From contig OX597820.1 of the NCBI GenBank assembly GCA_951406725.2, positions 30,256,001 to 30,320,000 of the forward strand: 64,000 nt of DNA, read 5' to 3'. Below are positions 11,933 to 25,432 of this stretch, one piece after another. The notes under the pieces are model-generated. The model ran no database searches. It worked only from the letters and a program-made list of their open reading frames with translations, and was not told where the DNA came from. Both the position numbers and the translations under genes were made by a program. Numbering within the stretch: position 1 is the stretch's first letter; the number at the start of each line of letters is the position of its first letter. Source of the DNA: Octopus vulgaris (Eukaryota).

Positions 11933-13827
11933 CTGATACTCAAGGTGAAATAAAGTATTTTGCTCGTGAATAAACGCGCTACCTGGCCTGAGTATCGAAA
12001 ACGCGACCTTACAATCAAATCCTACACCTTAACCATCAGACCACGCGCATCCCCATACACGCACGCACACATACACGTACACACGCACGCACATACACAT
12101 AAGGCGTGTGCATGCGTTTATGTGTGTGCGTTTTGGGGATGGGTGAATGCGTATGCATGTGTGTCCATAGATGTACACACATTCACAACCATCTGTTTCA
12201 TATTTTCACTTACAAATCTCTTTATGTGCATACATAACGTATTATAAATGCACGTGTGTGTGTATGTATGTGTGTGTGCGCGTCTCTGTGTTTGTTTATG
12301 TGTACCTTTGTGTGCATGCATGTGTGAGTATGAGTGGTTTCATTGTATGTATCTTTATGACTCAACCAGAGTTGTTCACCCTTGTTGACCTATGTGTTTA
12401 TTTATTTATTTATTTAATTGAGTCTTTTTTTTTATTTTATGAGCTGTAAAGACTTCCATAGTTCTTTTCGACGTACTGTTAACTGCTATGAAGAGAGAGA
12501 AAAAAAAAGGACTCAAGGGGAGGAGTGAGGGAGTGAGGGAGTGATGGGGAGCGGGAACGCGAGTGAGTGAAGTAAGAGGAAGAAGAGAGAGAAAAGACAA
12601 GCATAGAGTTGTGGGAATACGGAAGCGGAGATGCGAAGTCATAAAGACAATGGGAGTCAAACACACACATATATGCGCGCGCTTACACTTGCACGTACGC
12701 GCACACATTCGCACAGACACAGGAACGCACACGCACACACACACATGTACACACACTCGTGCCGGCAGACATATGTACTTGGAACCGTGGTAGGGCAGAG
12801 AGTACACCACAGAGGTGTAGCGTTGGAGCGAAGAATGAATGCAACGACAAGGGGGGGTGGAAGATGCATGTGAGAAGGAAGTGTGAGGGGGTAGGGGGCC
12901 GGAGGACAACAAAGTAGGAAGGGGAGGTAACTTCGGGAGGCGAATTTATAACGAACAGTAAATACACGTGGTGGGTGACTCAACAATCATCCCTTCACGA
13001 AAACTTCAAACGAGCTCTCTCCTCTCTAATCACTATGCCAATGATGCAGTTAGCAGCTGGTGACGTGGCACCTGAGAATGATCGAGAAAGATCTATCGGA
13101 AAGGTTTTGGCAGACTTCCCATCTCCCATGCTTTTCAACAACAACAACAACAACAAATAATAATAATCATAATAAATAACAGCAACAACATACAATCGAA
13201 CTAATAATGTTAAGGTATCCAAAAACTGCTGTTGCATTCTTTTGATAAGCAATAATTTTGCATTGACGGTGGGAATCAAATTGTTCAAATTTTCCCTTAA
13301 ATTGTCTTTATAGTTGTTATTGTTGTTGCTGCTGCTGTTGTTGCTGTTATTTTATTGTTGATGTTGATGATGATGATGATGATGATGTTTTGATACCAAC
13401 TTTTATGAGACCGCCCTTGGTTCCATAATATAAACTGTTTTTAAAGCGATCTAAATTAAAACTTTCCTCCAAAATTCAATGTCAATTTATATGTTCCACG
13501 CACCGACGTGACTGGCCGTGCGATTAGGTAGTTTACTTCCAAATCGCATGATCTTGGGTTCAGTCTCAATGCGTGGCACCTTGGGTAAGTGTCTTCTGCA
13601 CTATCCCCGGGGCCGACCAAAGCCTTATGTTTAATAGACGGAAACTGAAACCAGCTCGTTATGCACCTCGCACACATATCTATACACACTCATGATTAGC
13701 AGCAACATCCTTCCAAAGTGCAACACACATTATTTCCTATCAAGAATTTGAAAAACGATTATAAAAAAAAGATATGTGCATGCTTGTGTGTGTGTGTATG
13801 TGTGTGTGTGTGTGTGTGTGCGCGCGC

Positions 13828-13902
<75 letters not shown>

Positions 13903-14074
13903 AGCGTGCGTGTGTGTGTACCAACATTCACATTCAGCATATTTGACACATATATACATAGAAATACATATGTAAATATACATGTATATAAACACACACA
14001 CAAAGGAGAAAGATGATTAATGAAAGGGCTAGCAGGTGGGTTTCAGTTTTTCGGCCCCCACCCCATATATATAA

Positions 14075-14131
<57 letters not shown>

Positions 14132-14863
14132 TTACATTTCATTTGGGATTTAACGTGAAATTTTGCTTTATTAAGCTCGTCCATGGGTACTGGTTATCAG
14201 ATACAAGTATAAAACAGAAATGGATAGTTTTATTTATATGTTTGAAAATCGGTAAGTATACATAGAGTTTATGTGTTGGGTGGGGTGCATGTAAGCATTG
14301 GAAGAGGCTATACAAAAAGGCACTCTCGCAAGATGTCGTACAGTGGTACTGAACCCAAAGCTACGTGGTTTCGAAGTGAATTTTACAACCCATAACCATA
14401 CCTGCAAAAAGAAAAGAAAAACAAAACAAAAACATTAGACCAGTGATAAGGAATCCATGACACACGTATTACAGCGAGTTTTTAGCTGACACGTGAAGGC
14501 CATTTAAAGAAAGAAATCTTTACAATATCCTGTTATAAAAAGCTTATCTTTAAATATTCACCTAAAACATAAATACACGTCTACATGCAAATGATACGCC
14601 TGTAACAGGATTATCAAACGAATTTAAATATTACTACACCGGCGAAAACGATTCACCAGTAAAGGCTCTGAGGTGTGATTTGGGGTAATTTGGTGGGTGT
14701 TAGAAGCAGGAAGAAGCAACCAGGAAGCAATCTTATTTCATTTTTGTACTGAGCGTTTCTACACTGTTTCCTGAATAGGCTGCTACCAATGGCAAGCATC
14801 TTTCTTTTTTTGTATTTGTTTTTTACCTCTGCAATGGTAACCAAAACATTCCCCACATACACA

Positions 14864-14903
<40 letters not shown>

Positions 14904-14911
<8 letters not shown>

Positions 14912-15893
14912 AATAAAATATATGCATATATATAAACATATATGTACGTACCTACCTCTACATGTACATATACACGCATATATGTGTACAGGACACCAAA
15001 AAGACGTCGAACACATAGAGAGACGAAAAACATAGACACAAACCAAGGAACAAGACAGGCAAAAAAAGAGAGATACAGGACAATAAGCACAACGAAAAAT
15101 CCCCTTCTTCAGTCGCTAAAGTTTCATCTACTAAACGTTTCGAAGGATAAAAGCGAGACGTATACTTCGAATGAAAAATTCCTTCCTGCGAAAAGCAAAT
15201 CAATTAAAATTCTGAGATCTTTTCGCAGAGGGGTACAAAAAGCAAGACGGTAACGACAGTACAAACATATAAACAGTAAAAAATATATATATAAACAGTG
15301 GAAAAATAAATATATAACAGTGAGAGACAGGACAAGGAGAACAAGATAAGAAGGGCTGTTAACGCCAGACGAAAAAAGTATTGCAAACGCTGGATTATAG
15401 TGGACGACGAGAGAGGAAGAAGTCGACCAGTGGCCTTAGAAGGCGGGCGAGAAAGGACAGGATAGCAGTTACGACGGAAGTACCGTCGCAGATGGACGAC
15501 GGGAATGGGGGAGGAGGAGCAAGAGGAAGAGAGAGAAGAAGGGGAATGGTGCGAGGAGACCATGAAGAACAGTGAGGGGGAGAGAGAGAGGAAGAGACAA
15601 GTTAAGTGAGGGAAAAAAGACGAAAAAGGGAATGGGAGAGAAAGAAAGAAAGATGCAGAGTCGCGTGAGAGTTAATATCAAGGCGAACTTGATAAACAGA
15701 ACAATCTTACTTAATAGGGTGCGTGCGTTTAGTCGTATATGTTAATAAAATATATGCATATATATAAACATATATGTACGTACCTACCTCTACATGTACA
15801 TATACACGCATATATGTGTACAGGACACCAAAAAGACGTCGAACACATAGAGAGACGAAAAACATAGACACAAACCAAGGAACAAGACAGGCA
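14904..15893 (-). mobile_element. Non-coding Penelope-like element with 158-bp direct repeat (pseudo-LTR) and HHR
   Basis: Direct repeat at 14904-15061 and 15736-15893; HHR motif at 15099-15161; related fragment at window positions ~11-50. Confidence 0.7.
15099..15161 (-). ncRNA. Hammerhead ribozyme, non-circularly permuted strand order
   Basis: ACG-UC-UCGCU uuu AUCCUUC-GAAA-CGU ... AGCGA-CUGAAGA-AGGGGAU: all core nucleotides are present and stems I, II and III can pair. Confidence 0.7.
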
Positions 15894-16215
15894 TCAAAAT
15901 AAGCAACAAGGATATCCAGAGGTAATGCAGTACGATCGTTTCATGCAACTCCATTTAATTCAACAATGCAATGTGTCCTTCTGTTCTAATTTAATTAAAT
16001 TTTTTGTCTTTGTGCAGCTGAAGATTGGTCTACATTTTAAATTGATGCAATGAAATGATTGCATTGTTCAATTAAATGGAGTTGCATGAAACGATCGTAC
16101 TGCATTACCTCTGGATATCCTTGTTGCTTATTTTGATTTTAATCACCTTATTTTGAAATTATATGGATAATACCGTACTAAATTCTGGTGCCTCGACTTA
16201 AGTATCATATTCATC

Positions 16216-16220
<5 letters not shown>
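15893..16220 (+). mobile_element. Penelope-like fold-back element (inverted arms 15893-15972 and 16059-16138)
   Basis: ~80-bp near-perfect inverted repeat plus a one-sided tail; contains an HHR; second family copy at 50705-50826. Confidence 0.75.
16012..16105 (+). ncRNA. Type I hammerhead ribozyme with long stem II
   Basis: GUGCAG-CUGAAGA-(63-nt hairpin)-GAAA-CGAUCG-UA-CUGCAU; palindromic stem III; predicted cleavage after A16099. Confidence 0.78.
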
Positions 16221-16277
<57 letters not shown>

Positions 16278-16627
16278 CAAAATTTAGGTTAGTTAAGATA
16301 GCTTTATGTAAAATTCAGTCAACAACGACTGACTGATTTGCGCTGGTAGATCACCCGATCGAAGAAAATAATGAAAAGCATTGTTTAGGCATAAGCAAAA
16401 TCTAGATTAGTTAAAATATGTTTGTAACTTAGTTCAACTCTTAAGAGGAAAATTCACTGCAGTTACTGTGGAGAAACTATCTATCTTATGGTAAAAAGGT
16501 GTAAAGACACTCGCTTTGTTCAATGTCGCCATCTATCAGGAATCCCACGCATTGATGATTCGAGTTTTTTGACTCTTGTCAATGGAATGTACCTAAGAGA
16601 GGTAACTCTGAACAAATTTATAACGCA

Positions 16628-16747
<120 letters not shown>

Positions 16748-16760
16748 CTGTGTAAAGCAT

Positions 16761-16793
<33 letters not shown>

Positions 16794-16804
16794 TTGTGGG
16801 GAGG

Positions 16805-16979
16805 GGGCTTGTTGATTACATCGACCCCTAGTGCGTAACTGGTACTTATTTAATCGACCCCGAAAGGACGAAAGGCAAAGTGGACCGCGGCGGAATTTGA
16901 ACTCAGAACGTAAGGACGGACGAAATGATGTTAAGAATTCTGTCCGGCTTGCTAACGATTCTGCCAGCTCGCCGCCTTA
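16805..16979 (-). mobile_element. SINE (family AAGGCGGCGAGCTGGCAGAA...)
   Basis: B-box GAGTTCAAATTCC and core GACTTTGCCTTTCATCCTTTCGGGGTCGAT. Other copies at ~20133-20300, 22101-22317, 32605-32837, 34193-34408 and 47404-47620. Confidence 0.85.
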
Positions 16980-16982
16980 ATT

Positions 16983-17035
<53 letters not shown>

Positions 17036-17180
17036 TATCATCATATATGATGTTTTGGTATCCAGAAGACCCAAAAGGCAGGTAAGGCTATGGTAAGTGC
17101 TACGGAAGGACCGCTGTTAAACTCCTGGTTCAATAATAGTATGAATGAAGAATCTAAGACGGGTCTTGTGTGAGCGTGTA

Positions 17181-17387
17181 TATGTTAAATAAAATAAGAT
17201 AATAAGGCCAAGGCAATGTGATATTTCTAGGACATTTATAAAGAGAGTTGCAACACTCTTAACTCGTCTCTGATGATAGGATATCATTTACTTCCCTGAA
17301 GACCAGCTGTAAGACCACCTTTCTCTTTATAAATGTCTTAGAAATATCACTTTGCCTTGGCCTTGCTATCTTATTTTATTTAATATA
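17181..17387 (+). mobile_element. Fold-back Penelope-like remnant with degenerate HHR
   Basis: Inverted arms at 17181-17247 and 17322-17387; GUCU-CUGAUGA-UAGG..CCU-GAAgac-CAGCUG-UA-AGAC at 17266-17315. Confidence 0.65.
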
Positions 17388-17400
17388 TATATACATATAT

Positions 17401-17716
17401 ATGGCTTAGTGGTTAGGATATGCGAATCACGATTGTAAGGTCGTGAGTTCGATTCCCAGCGACGCGTTGCGTCCTTGAGCAAGACACTTTATTTCACGTT
17501 GCTCCAGTCCACTCAGCTGGCAAAAATGAGTTGTACCTGTATTTCAAAGAGCCGGCCCTTGTCACACTATGTGTCACGCTGAATCTCCCTGAGAACTACA
17601 TTAGGGATACGCGTGTCTGTGCATTGCTCAGCCACTTGCACGTTAATTTCACGAGCAGGCTGTTCCGTTGATCGTATCAGCTGGGACCCTCGTCGTCGTA
17701 ACCGACAGAGTTCTCC
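17401..17716 (+). mobile_element. tRNA-derived SINE (same core as 2715-3064, different tail)
   Basis: A box TGGCTTAGTGG, B box GAGTTCGATTCCC. Related copies at 33425-33735 (-), 42833-43080 and 43415-43700. Confidence 0.85.
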
Positions 17717-17717
17717 T

Positions 17718-17781
<64 letters not shown>

Positions 17782-18863
17782 TATGTATATATATATATAT
17801 ATACATATATACATATACACTCACGTACACATATACATTTATGCATATATATATATATATATGCATAAATATATATGTGTACGTGAGTGTATATGTATTT
17901 GCACACACACATACATATATACATACATTTGAGCCTGTTTGTATGCGCGTCTCCGCGTGCGTGTCTATGGAAGCAAGTACAGAAATAATCATCGATAAAA
18001 TATTTGTGATGAGACATGTCAATAAGTGCACCTAACACATATGTATGTCTATGAAGACAATAAAAAAAGAAACAAAAAAATGTAGCACAAGACACGAACA
18101 AACGAAAAAGCAACAAAAAACAAATATAGGCGTGTCCACACGCGCGCGCGCGCAACACAAATATACAAATACGCGCATATAGTCATTCACCATTATATAC
18201 ACTGCGTCACATCACCTCCTATACATTTGCACATATACACACACATGGACACATACATATGAACACGCACACATACGTACGAACACGTACACATACAAAC
18301 GCTCCCATATAGATTTTTACCATTATATACATATTATATACATTACACACAATTAAAAATTTATACACACACACACACACGCACACACACATATACACAC
18401 ACACATGCACGTATGCATGCACGCACGCACACGCCCACACGTACACTCATTGACACACATACAATGTCAACATAATCAGCAGAGCAAAAATTGACCATTT
18501 CCGCGTAGCGTAAAGAGGACATGTAATGTGGGATAGTGTGAAGACGATGTCGGTGGATCACATCAACATTGATAAGGTTACAGCTCGTGATCAATAAATC
18601 AATTCATCAATTAATTAATAAATTAATTTGCAAGTTGATTATATAATCGATATTGAAAAACAGAACTGAACTGAAATACAACCAGAGCGTGTGCCATGAT
18701 TAACAGCAGCCTCCTTCCAAAGTCAAGAAATTGAAAAACGATTACAAAAAAGAGATATATTCATGTGTGTGCGTGTGTACCTACATTCACATATATACAT
18801 ATATACATACAAATATATATGTAAATACACATGTATACGCACACACATATATATATGTATATG

Positions 18864-18896
<33 letters not shown>

Positions 18897-18902
18897 ACTT
18901 AA

Positions 18903-18994
<92 letters not shown>

Positions 18995-19129
18995 AAGAAT
19001 AAAATGAATTACTACAGAGCATCACTACACGCGTTTCAATAGCGCGTTTATTCCAAATACGAGAACAATTACCTAACTTTATAGGTAACATTATATTAAA
19101 TTCATATTGTTACATTAACAGTCACTTCT

Positions 19130-19450
19130 TCAGATGACATCTTTTCAGTTATACCCTGCCAAATATTCTAGTAAAGTATACTTTACACCCATGCTGAAGA
19201 CGTATCAGAGCTCATCAATTGTGTGATGTGCAAGATTTGTTAGATGTTGCTGCCAAAGTCTGTCTCTCGATGCAAAGAAGACCGAATGCATGACCATCAG
19301 GGAAGATGAAATCTACATGCTAATTTGTTCTAACAACTGCACACAACTCAAGGAGGACAGTGATTTCAAGTACTTAGTGTCCTATGTGGCTGACACTAAG
19401 AAAGACTGCTTTACACACAAGGATCTAAACTTGAGTGTCTGTAACCGTTA
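19130..19450 (+). mobile_element. Degenerate LINE reverse-transcriptase fragment (RTE-like)
   Basis: AKKTECM and LKEDSDFKYLVSYV resemble the post-RT FKYLGS motif region. Confidence 0.5.
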
Positions 19451-19774
19451 TTTTAGCAAAAAATCTATTTTGCCCATGAAGGTTATCTTAGAAGAATTGT
19501 ACAATCTTTAGTGTGTACAAGCTCTGCCGTCTCATTTCACTCATTTATATTACTTCAAAATCTAGGGTGCTGGATAAATAATATTTATAGAGCATCAGTA
19601 TTTAGTTACGTTCCGGGTTCAAATTCCACCGAGATCAGCTTTGTTCATTCATTCAACCATATTAATTTTATCGACTCTCAGATTGACAAAATAAAATACC
19701 AGTCGCGTACTGGAATAGATTTCATCAACTTTACCCATCACCCTAAAAATCTGTAGCAGTGTCCCCAAATTAAG

Positions 19775-20087
19775 AATTGTTGTTGTTTGTTCCTTCTCGA
19801 GCCACGCCTGGCTCATAAGGGCCGGTTTCCCGGTTTCCTTGGCGTATAGGATCCTCACCTGGACGGGACGCCGGTCCGTCGCAGGTGAGCTGCAAGATGC
19901 AGGAGGAAAGTATGAGAGAAAGTTGTGGCGAAAGAGTCAGCAGAAGTTCGCCATTACCTTCTGCCAGAGCCGCGTGGAGCTTACGTGTTTCGATCATAAA
20001 CACACACACACCGCCCGGTCTGAGATTCGAACCCGCAATCCCTCGACCGCGAGTCCGCTGCTCTAACCATTAGAGCCATGTGCCTCC
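19775..20087 (-). mobile_element. tRNA-derived SINE (head GGAGGCGCAATGGC..., tail type 1)
   Basis: A/B boxes and a (CAA)n end. Confidence 0.85.
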
Positions 20088-20420
20088 AAGTTAAGAATTA
20101 CATTACTTGTAATCAATATATCTAAAGACTCAAGCTGGCAAGCTCGCAGAATCGTTACCGCGCCAGACAAAATGCCTTTACGTTCTGAGTTCAAATTCCG
20201 CCGAGGTCGACTTTGCCTTTCATCATTTTGAGGTCGATAAAATAAGTACCAGTTGAGCACTGGGGTCGATGTAATTCACTCATTCCCTTCCACCGAAATT
20301 TGAAACTAATATATCTAAAGACATTATTATATCTTAGCTCACTTTCACTCTCCCACATACGCTCTTTAATTCTCATTTGTTATCTTCCTCTAACACGCCT
20401 TCGCACTCTCGCTCACTCGT

Positions 20421-20474
<54 letters not shown>

Positions 20475-20494
20475 ACACACACACACGCACACAC

Positions 20495-20527
<33 letters not shown>

Positions 20528-20662
20528 GATACACACATGCGTGCACGCAGCAATAAGCATACAAGAATGCAGACTGTATCGACTGAGCAAATATACAAAC
20601 TGGGTCCACTTTCACTCGCTCAGTCACATACACCCATACTCTAACTCTCACTTATTCTCTCA

Positions 20663-20702
<40 letters not shown>

Positions 20703-21328
20703 AACACATTATCTCTTTCTTTTTCTCCCATACACACACACAGAGTAATATACTAGCTATGAAAAAAACCTGTTGACAGAGCAAATAAAGAGGCTTGTAA
20801 CAAGTAAGATATTACAAGTAGATGCTCTCTAGTATTGACATGAATTGACGAAAGACAGGCTGTACTTATTGGAAATTTTATTCGTTTGTTACGTACTTAC
20901 ACAACTGCGACGAGTTGGAAGAAAACTGAAGTTTGTATACTAGAGGACAGTCAATTTGCATCGAAAAAATTTTTTGTTTGTCCACTCCTTGTAGTAGATT
21001 GCACTGTGGGGATAGAAAAGTGTGTATGTGAGAAAGAGAGACAGAGACAGACAGGCAGAGAGACCAGTGAGCTACAGCGAAATAGCTTTGTAACTGGCAG
21101 GAAATGAAACTGAGGAGACAGAAAGAAACTGTGAAAGTCACAGAAGGAACTGGCTTCTTTTTTACTTTTTACTTCTTTTTTTTTTTTTTGTACGGGTATC
21201 GCGAATATATACCTGCGTTAAAGTCAAACTAGGTCACGGAAATTAAAACTGAATGGGCTTATCTATATGCACCTTTGTGCAACCTTAAGATTATGTGGAA
21301 TTTAAGAGCTGAAACAAATGGATTTTTA

Positions 21329-21492
21329 AGGCGTAGGAGCGGCTGTGTGGTAAGTAGCTTGCTTACCAACCACATGGCTCCGGGTTCAGTCCCACTGCAT
21401 GGCACCTTGGGCAAGTGTCTTCTACTATAGCCTCGAGCCAACCAAAGCCTTGTGAGTGGATTTGGTAGACGGAAACTGGAAGAAGCCCGTCG

Positions 21493-21531
<39 letters not shown>

Positions 21532-21775
21532 ATTCTTATGTGTCTGTGTGTGTGTATGCTTGTGTGTCTGTGTTTGTTCCCCCAACATCGCTTGACAACC
21601 GATGCTGGTGTGTTTATGCCCTCGTAGCTTGGCGGTTTGGCAAAGGAGGCCGGTAGAGTGGGTACTAGGCTTGCGGAGAATAAGCTCTGAGGTCGATCTG
21701 CTCGACTAAAGGCGGTGCTCCAGCATGGCCGCAGTCAAATGACCTGAAACAAGTAAAAGAATGAAAGAATGAAAG
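21329..21775 (+). mobile_element. tRNA-derived SINE (family of 6025-6462)
   Basis: Full head-microsatellite-tail structure. Further copies at ~527-680, 13500-13660, 31793-32135, 34861-35286, 35340-35630 and 41839-42230. Confidence 0.9.
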
Positions 21776-21839
21776 AATCCGAGAACAAAGGAAACGAATG
21801 TGAAGACTGAGGTTTCTATTTTTGGTCATAAATCTGTTG

Positions 21840-22367
21840 TCACGTGACCGACCCGGCTATCAGATGTTGCTACACATCGCTGGTCACAATGCGCTTCGCA
21901 TTGTTTTAGCCTTCAAATGACGCCACCCCGCTGGCTAAGTGAGCAGGCCTATAGAAGAAAGAGTGAGAGAAAGTTGTGACGAAAGAGTACAGCAGGGATC
22001 ACCCCCATCCCCTGCCGGAGCATCGTGGAGCTTTAGGCGTTTTTGCTCAATAAACACTTACAACGCCCGGTCTGGAAATCGAAACCGCGATCCTACGACC
22101 TATTTCTTTATTACCCACAAGGGGTTAAACACAGAGCGGACAAACAAGGACAGACATAGGTATTAAGTCGATTACATCGACCCCAGTGCGTAACTGGTAC
22201 TTAATTTATCGACCCCGAAAGGATGAAAGGCAAAGTCGACCTCGGCGGAATTTGAACTCACAACGTAATGCAGACGAAATACCGCTAAGCATTTCGCCCG
22301 GCGTGCTAACGTTTCTGCCTACGACCGCCAGTCCGCTGCCCTAACGACTAGGCCATTGCGCCTCCAC
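21840..22367 (-). mobile_element. SINE (GGAGGCGCAATGGC head, tail type 2) with a nested SINE at 22101-22317
   Basis: The nested copy is flanked by TSD CCTACGACC at 22092-22100 and 22318-22326. Confidence 0.85.
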
Positions 22368-23255
22368 AAATATGTCGTATACAGACTTAATTAGCTTTCT
22401 TCCACATACACACAGTCCCTCTCTCGCTCTCACATACGTTTCTCTTCCATTCTTTCTCTCTCTTACTCATTTTTACCAACGCTTTCTGGTCTTTTTGCGT
22501 TTGTTTGGACACTGATGCCCAACTGTATCGAAACCTAGTCAGCGGCCTTTCCCTGGAAAAAGCATTGGTGATGTGGAGTGGGGAGATTTTTATTCACGAG
22601 AAAATGTGTGCCTTACTCAAAACCGTAACCTTGTCCAGGCATGTCATATATGAGCAGATGTTTGGTTAACTTTAACTGATGGAGGCCTTGAGCATGCGCG
22701 TATGTGTGTGTGTGGGGGGGGTAGGTATGTAGGTAGATAGGTAGGTAGGTAGGCAGGCAGGCAGGCACGTCAGGCCAGGTCATGCTTAATGCTACTGGTA
22801 ACATGTAATCCAGTATAACCTGACACATGGCCAGACCGGCAGCGACTAAACCGGCAAAACCCTACCGGGCCTGCTTGGTAAGGAGAGTGATTTTCATTGG
22901 ACACTCGATTACATGAAAAGCAAAATCTGTTAAAGGACGAAGGAACTCAGTAGAGTCAACGGCCATCCAAGAGCTGGGAGAGAGAGAGAGAGAGAGACCA
23001 CCTCCTAGTCTTTGTTTAGACATCTCTGTAGAAGAAAATTCCGGAATAACACCCGCGCACATTGCGAAGCTTAAGAACTTGCTCGTGCTTGTTTTGGGAC
23101 TACTTGGCTTTGTAGGTGAGAGTCTTGGTGGTATTGTGCAAGCTGTTATTGACTTGTAATTTCAGTAGGGCACTGCTGACAGGTTAGTGATAGTCATAAT
23201 AGTCTACGAGTTGACAACCACCATGTATGTATGTATTATTATGCATGTATGCGTG

Positions 23256-23312
<57 letters not shown>

Positions 23313-23696
23313 ATTGGTTATTCAGTTTTATTTCAAGATTTCTTGACAATAAAGAGCCGGCTTCTAACCTAACCTAACCTTCTCCGGGTTTTTTCCGTCC
23401 TTGTTTTGCATACATTCGCTGCTTTCTTCCAAGGAATCTAATACTCTTAGCTTAGTTTTTCCTTGGGGATGGCCAGATCGGAGCAATCTCAAGAATAATC
23501 AGCCGAAATTGCAGGGATAATCTGGTGCTTGACTGAAGAAGGAAAACTTCGAATGACCCGTCCTTGTTTTCTTTGTATCGTCTATCTGGATGTTTTGATG
23601 TCCCATTTTTGTATCACCAAGAGGTCCGGATGTTTTGCGTTCTTGTCCCATTTTGTATTATATAAAAAGAGAAAAAGAATGAAGAGGAAAGAGTGC

Positions 23697-23745
<49 letters not shown>

Positions 23746-24480
23746 TATGAGTATTTGTGAGTGTGAAAAAGAGGGAGAGAGAGGGTGGGGAATAAGTAGG
23801 CAAATGGATAGGCAGAGATAGGGAAATAGAGAGGGAGGAAAAGAGAGAAAGAGAGAGAGAGACCAAGAACCAGTGAGACAGACACAGATAGGCGTGGAGA
23901 CAGGCAGACAGATAGGCAAACATACAGATATTAAAGCAAAAGTCGGTAAATTAGGGGCATTACATTCAATTATACATAATACCGACCGACCAGCCAGCTG
24001 ACCAGCCGACTAGCCCACCAGCCAACCAGCCAGCCAACCAGCCAATCGACCGACCGACCGACTGACCGACCCACCGACCTCACAATATTGGTTGCACCAA
24101 AATAACTTTAAAATCGATCAATACTGCTTGTCTGGAAATTGTATAATAAAAGCTTTTCTGCAGTGTAGATGGTAATGTGTGGTGGCGGCGGCGGCGGCGG
24201 CGGTGGTGGTGGTGGTGGTGGCGGCGGTGGCGGTGGTGGTGGTGATGGTGATGGTGATGGCGGCAAGAATGATGCTGGTGATGTATGTATGTTTATGCGT
24301 GTGTATGTGTGTGCGTGTGTACATTTGTGTGTGTGTGTGTGTGTGTGTGCATATATGCATGTGTATGTGAAAGACAAGAAGAGAGAGAGAGAGAGAGAGA
24401 GGGAGGGGGGCAGACAGTGACAGAGACAGACAGACGATAAAAAAAAATTAGAGGGCAAGCAAAAAAAAAAGTGGAAGATA

Positions 24481-24690
24481 AAGGAAGGAAGGAAGGAAGG
24501 AAGGAAGGAAGGAAGGAAGGAAGGAAGGAAGGAAGGAAGGAGGGAAGGAAGGAAGGGAGGGAGGAAAGAAGGAAGGGAGGGGGAGGAAGGAAGGAAGGAC
24601 GGAAGGAAGGAAAGAAGGAGGGAAGGAAGTAAGGAAGAAAGGAGGGAGGAAGGAAGGAAGGAAGGAAGGAAGGAAGGAAGGAAGGAAAGA
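24481..24690. repeat. (GGAA)n polypurine microsatellite
   Basis: Direct inspection; it is the source of the spurious 220-aa PSFL ORF. Confidence 0.95.
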
Positions 24691-25139
24691 AAGGGATGAA
24701 GAGTGGGAGTGTAGCCATAAAGATGACGAACCTGTTTTAAGAAAAGCCTAACGGTGTTTTTCACCTTCAAGGTCTGCCCTCATTGAACAAAGTCTACAAT
24801 GAAAGAATCCGTTCCAACCTTGACCATTTCGAGTCGTCTTTTCTCAAGGGTACATTACGAGTATCGGAAGGAAGTCCCGCAACGAATGCTTTTTTACATT
24901 CTGGTGCGCAGGAACGTGTTAAAAAATAAATGTGCATATCATTGTTATTGATCCTCGCTCCTTCGTGTTCTAATTATTTCCAGCTTAGCAAACCTCAGTA
25001 CGCATCAACCAATAATACTGTTTGCTGGTTCTTATATTGGTTTACCTCCAAATGACTGAAGAAGTAAAATCATGCCGAAACACCGTATCCCGTTCTATAT
25101 TTAAGAGATGAGGAATGACGTACATTATATACATTATTT

Positions 25140-25432
25140 GTGGAGGCGCAATGGCCTAGTGGTTAGGGCAGCGGACTCGCGGTCGCAGGATCGCGGGTTC
25201 GATTCCCAGACCGGGCGTTGTGTGTGTTTATTGAGCGAAAATACCTAAAAGCTCCACGAGGCTCCGGCAGGGGGTGGTGATCCCTGCTGTACTCCTTCAC
25301 CACTCTTTCTTCTGTTGGCCCGCTCGCTTGGCCAGCGGGGTGGCGTCATTCGAAGGCTAAAACAATGCGAACGCATTGTGACCAGCGATGTGTAACAACA
25401 TCTGATGGTCTGGTCGGTCACGTGATCATGTG
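25140..25432 (+). mobile_element. SINE (GGAGGCGCAATGGC head, tail type 2) inserted in fold-back element A
   Basis: TSD ATATACATTATTT at 25127-25139 and 25433-25445. Confidence 0.9.

Noticed and set aside
24108-24770. 220-aa ORF with poly-Pro and PSFL repeats
   Set aside because: Translation of (GGAA)n, (GA)n, (GT)n and (GGT/GGC)n microsatellites; no domain.
25140-25215. tRNA genes at SINE heads
   Set aside because: A/B boxes are present but there is no complete cloverleaf; the heads continue into multicopy SINE bodies with TSDs.
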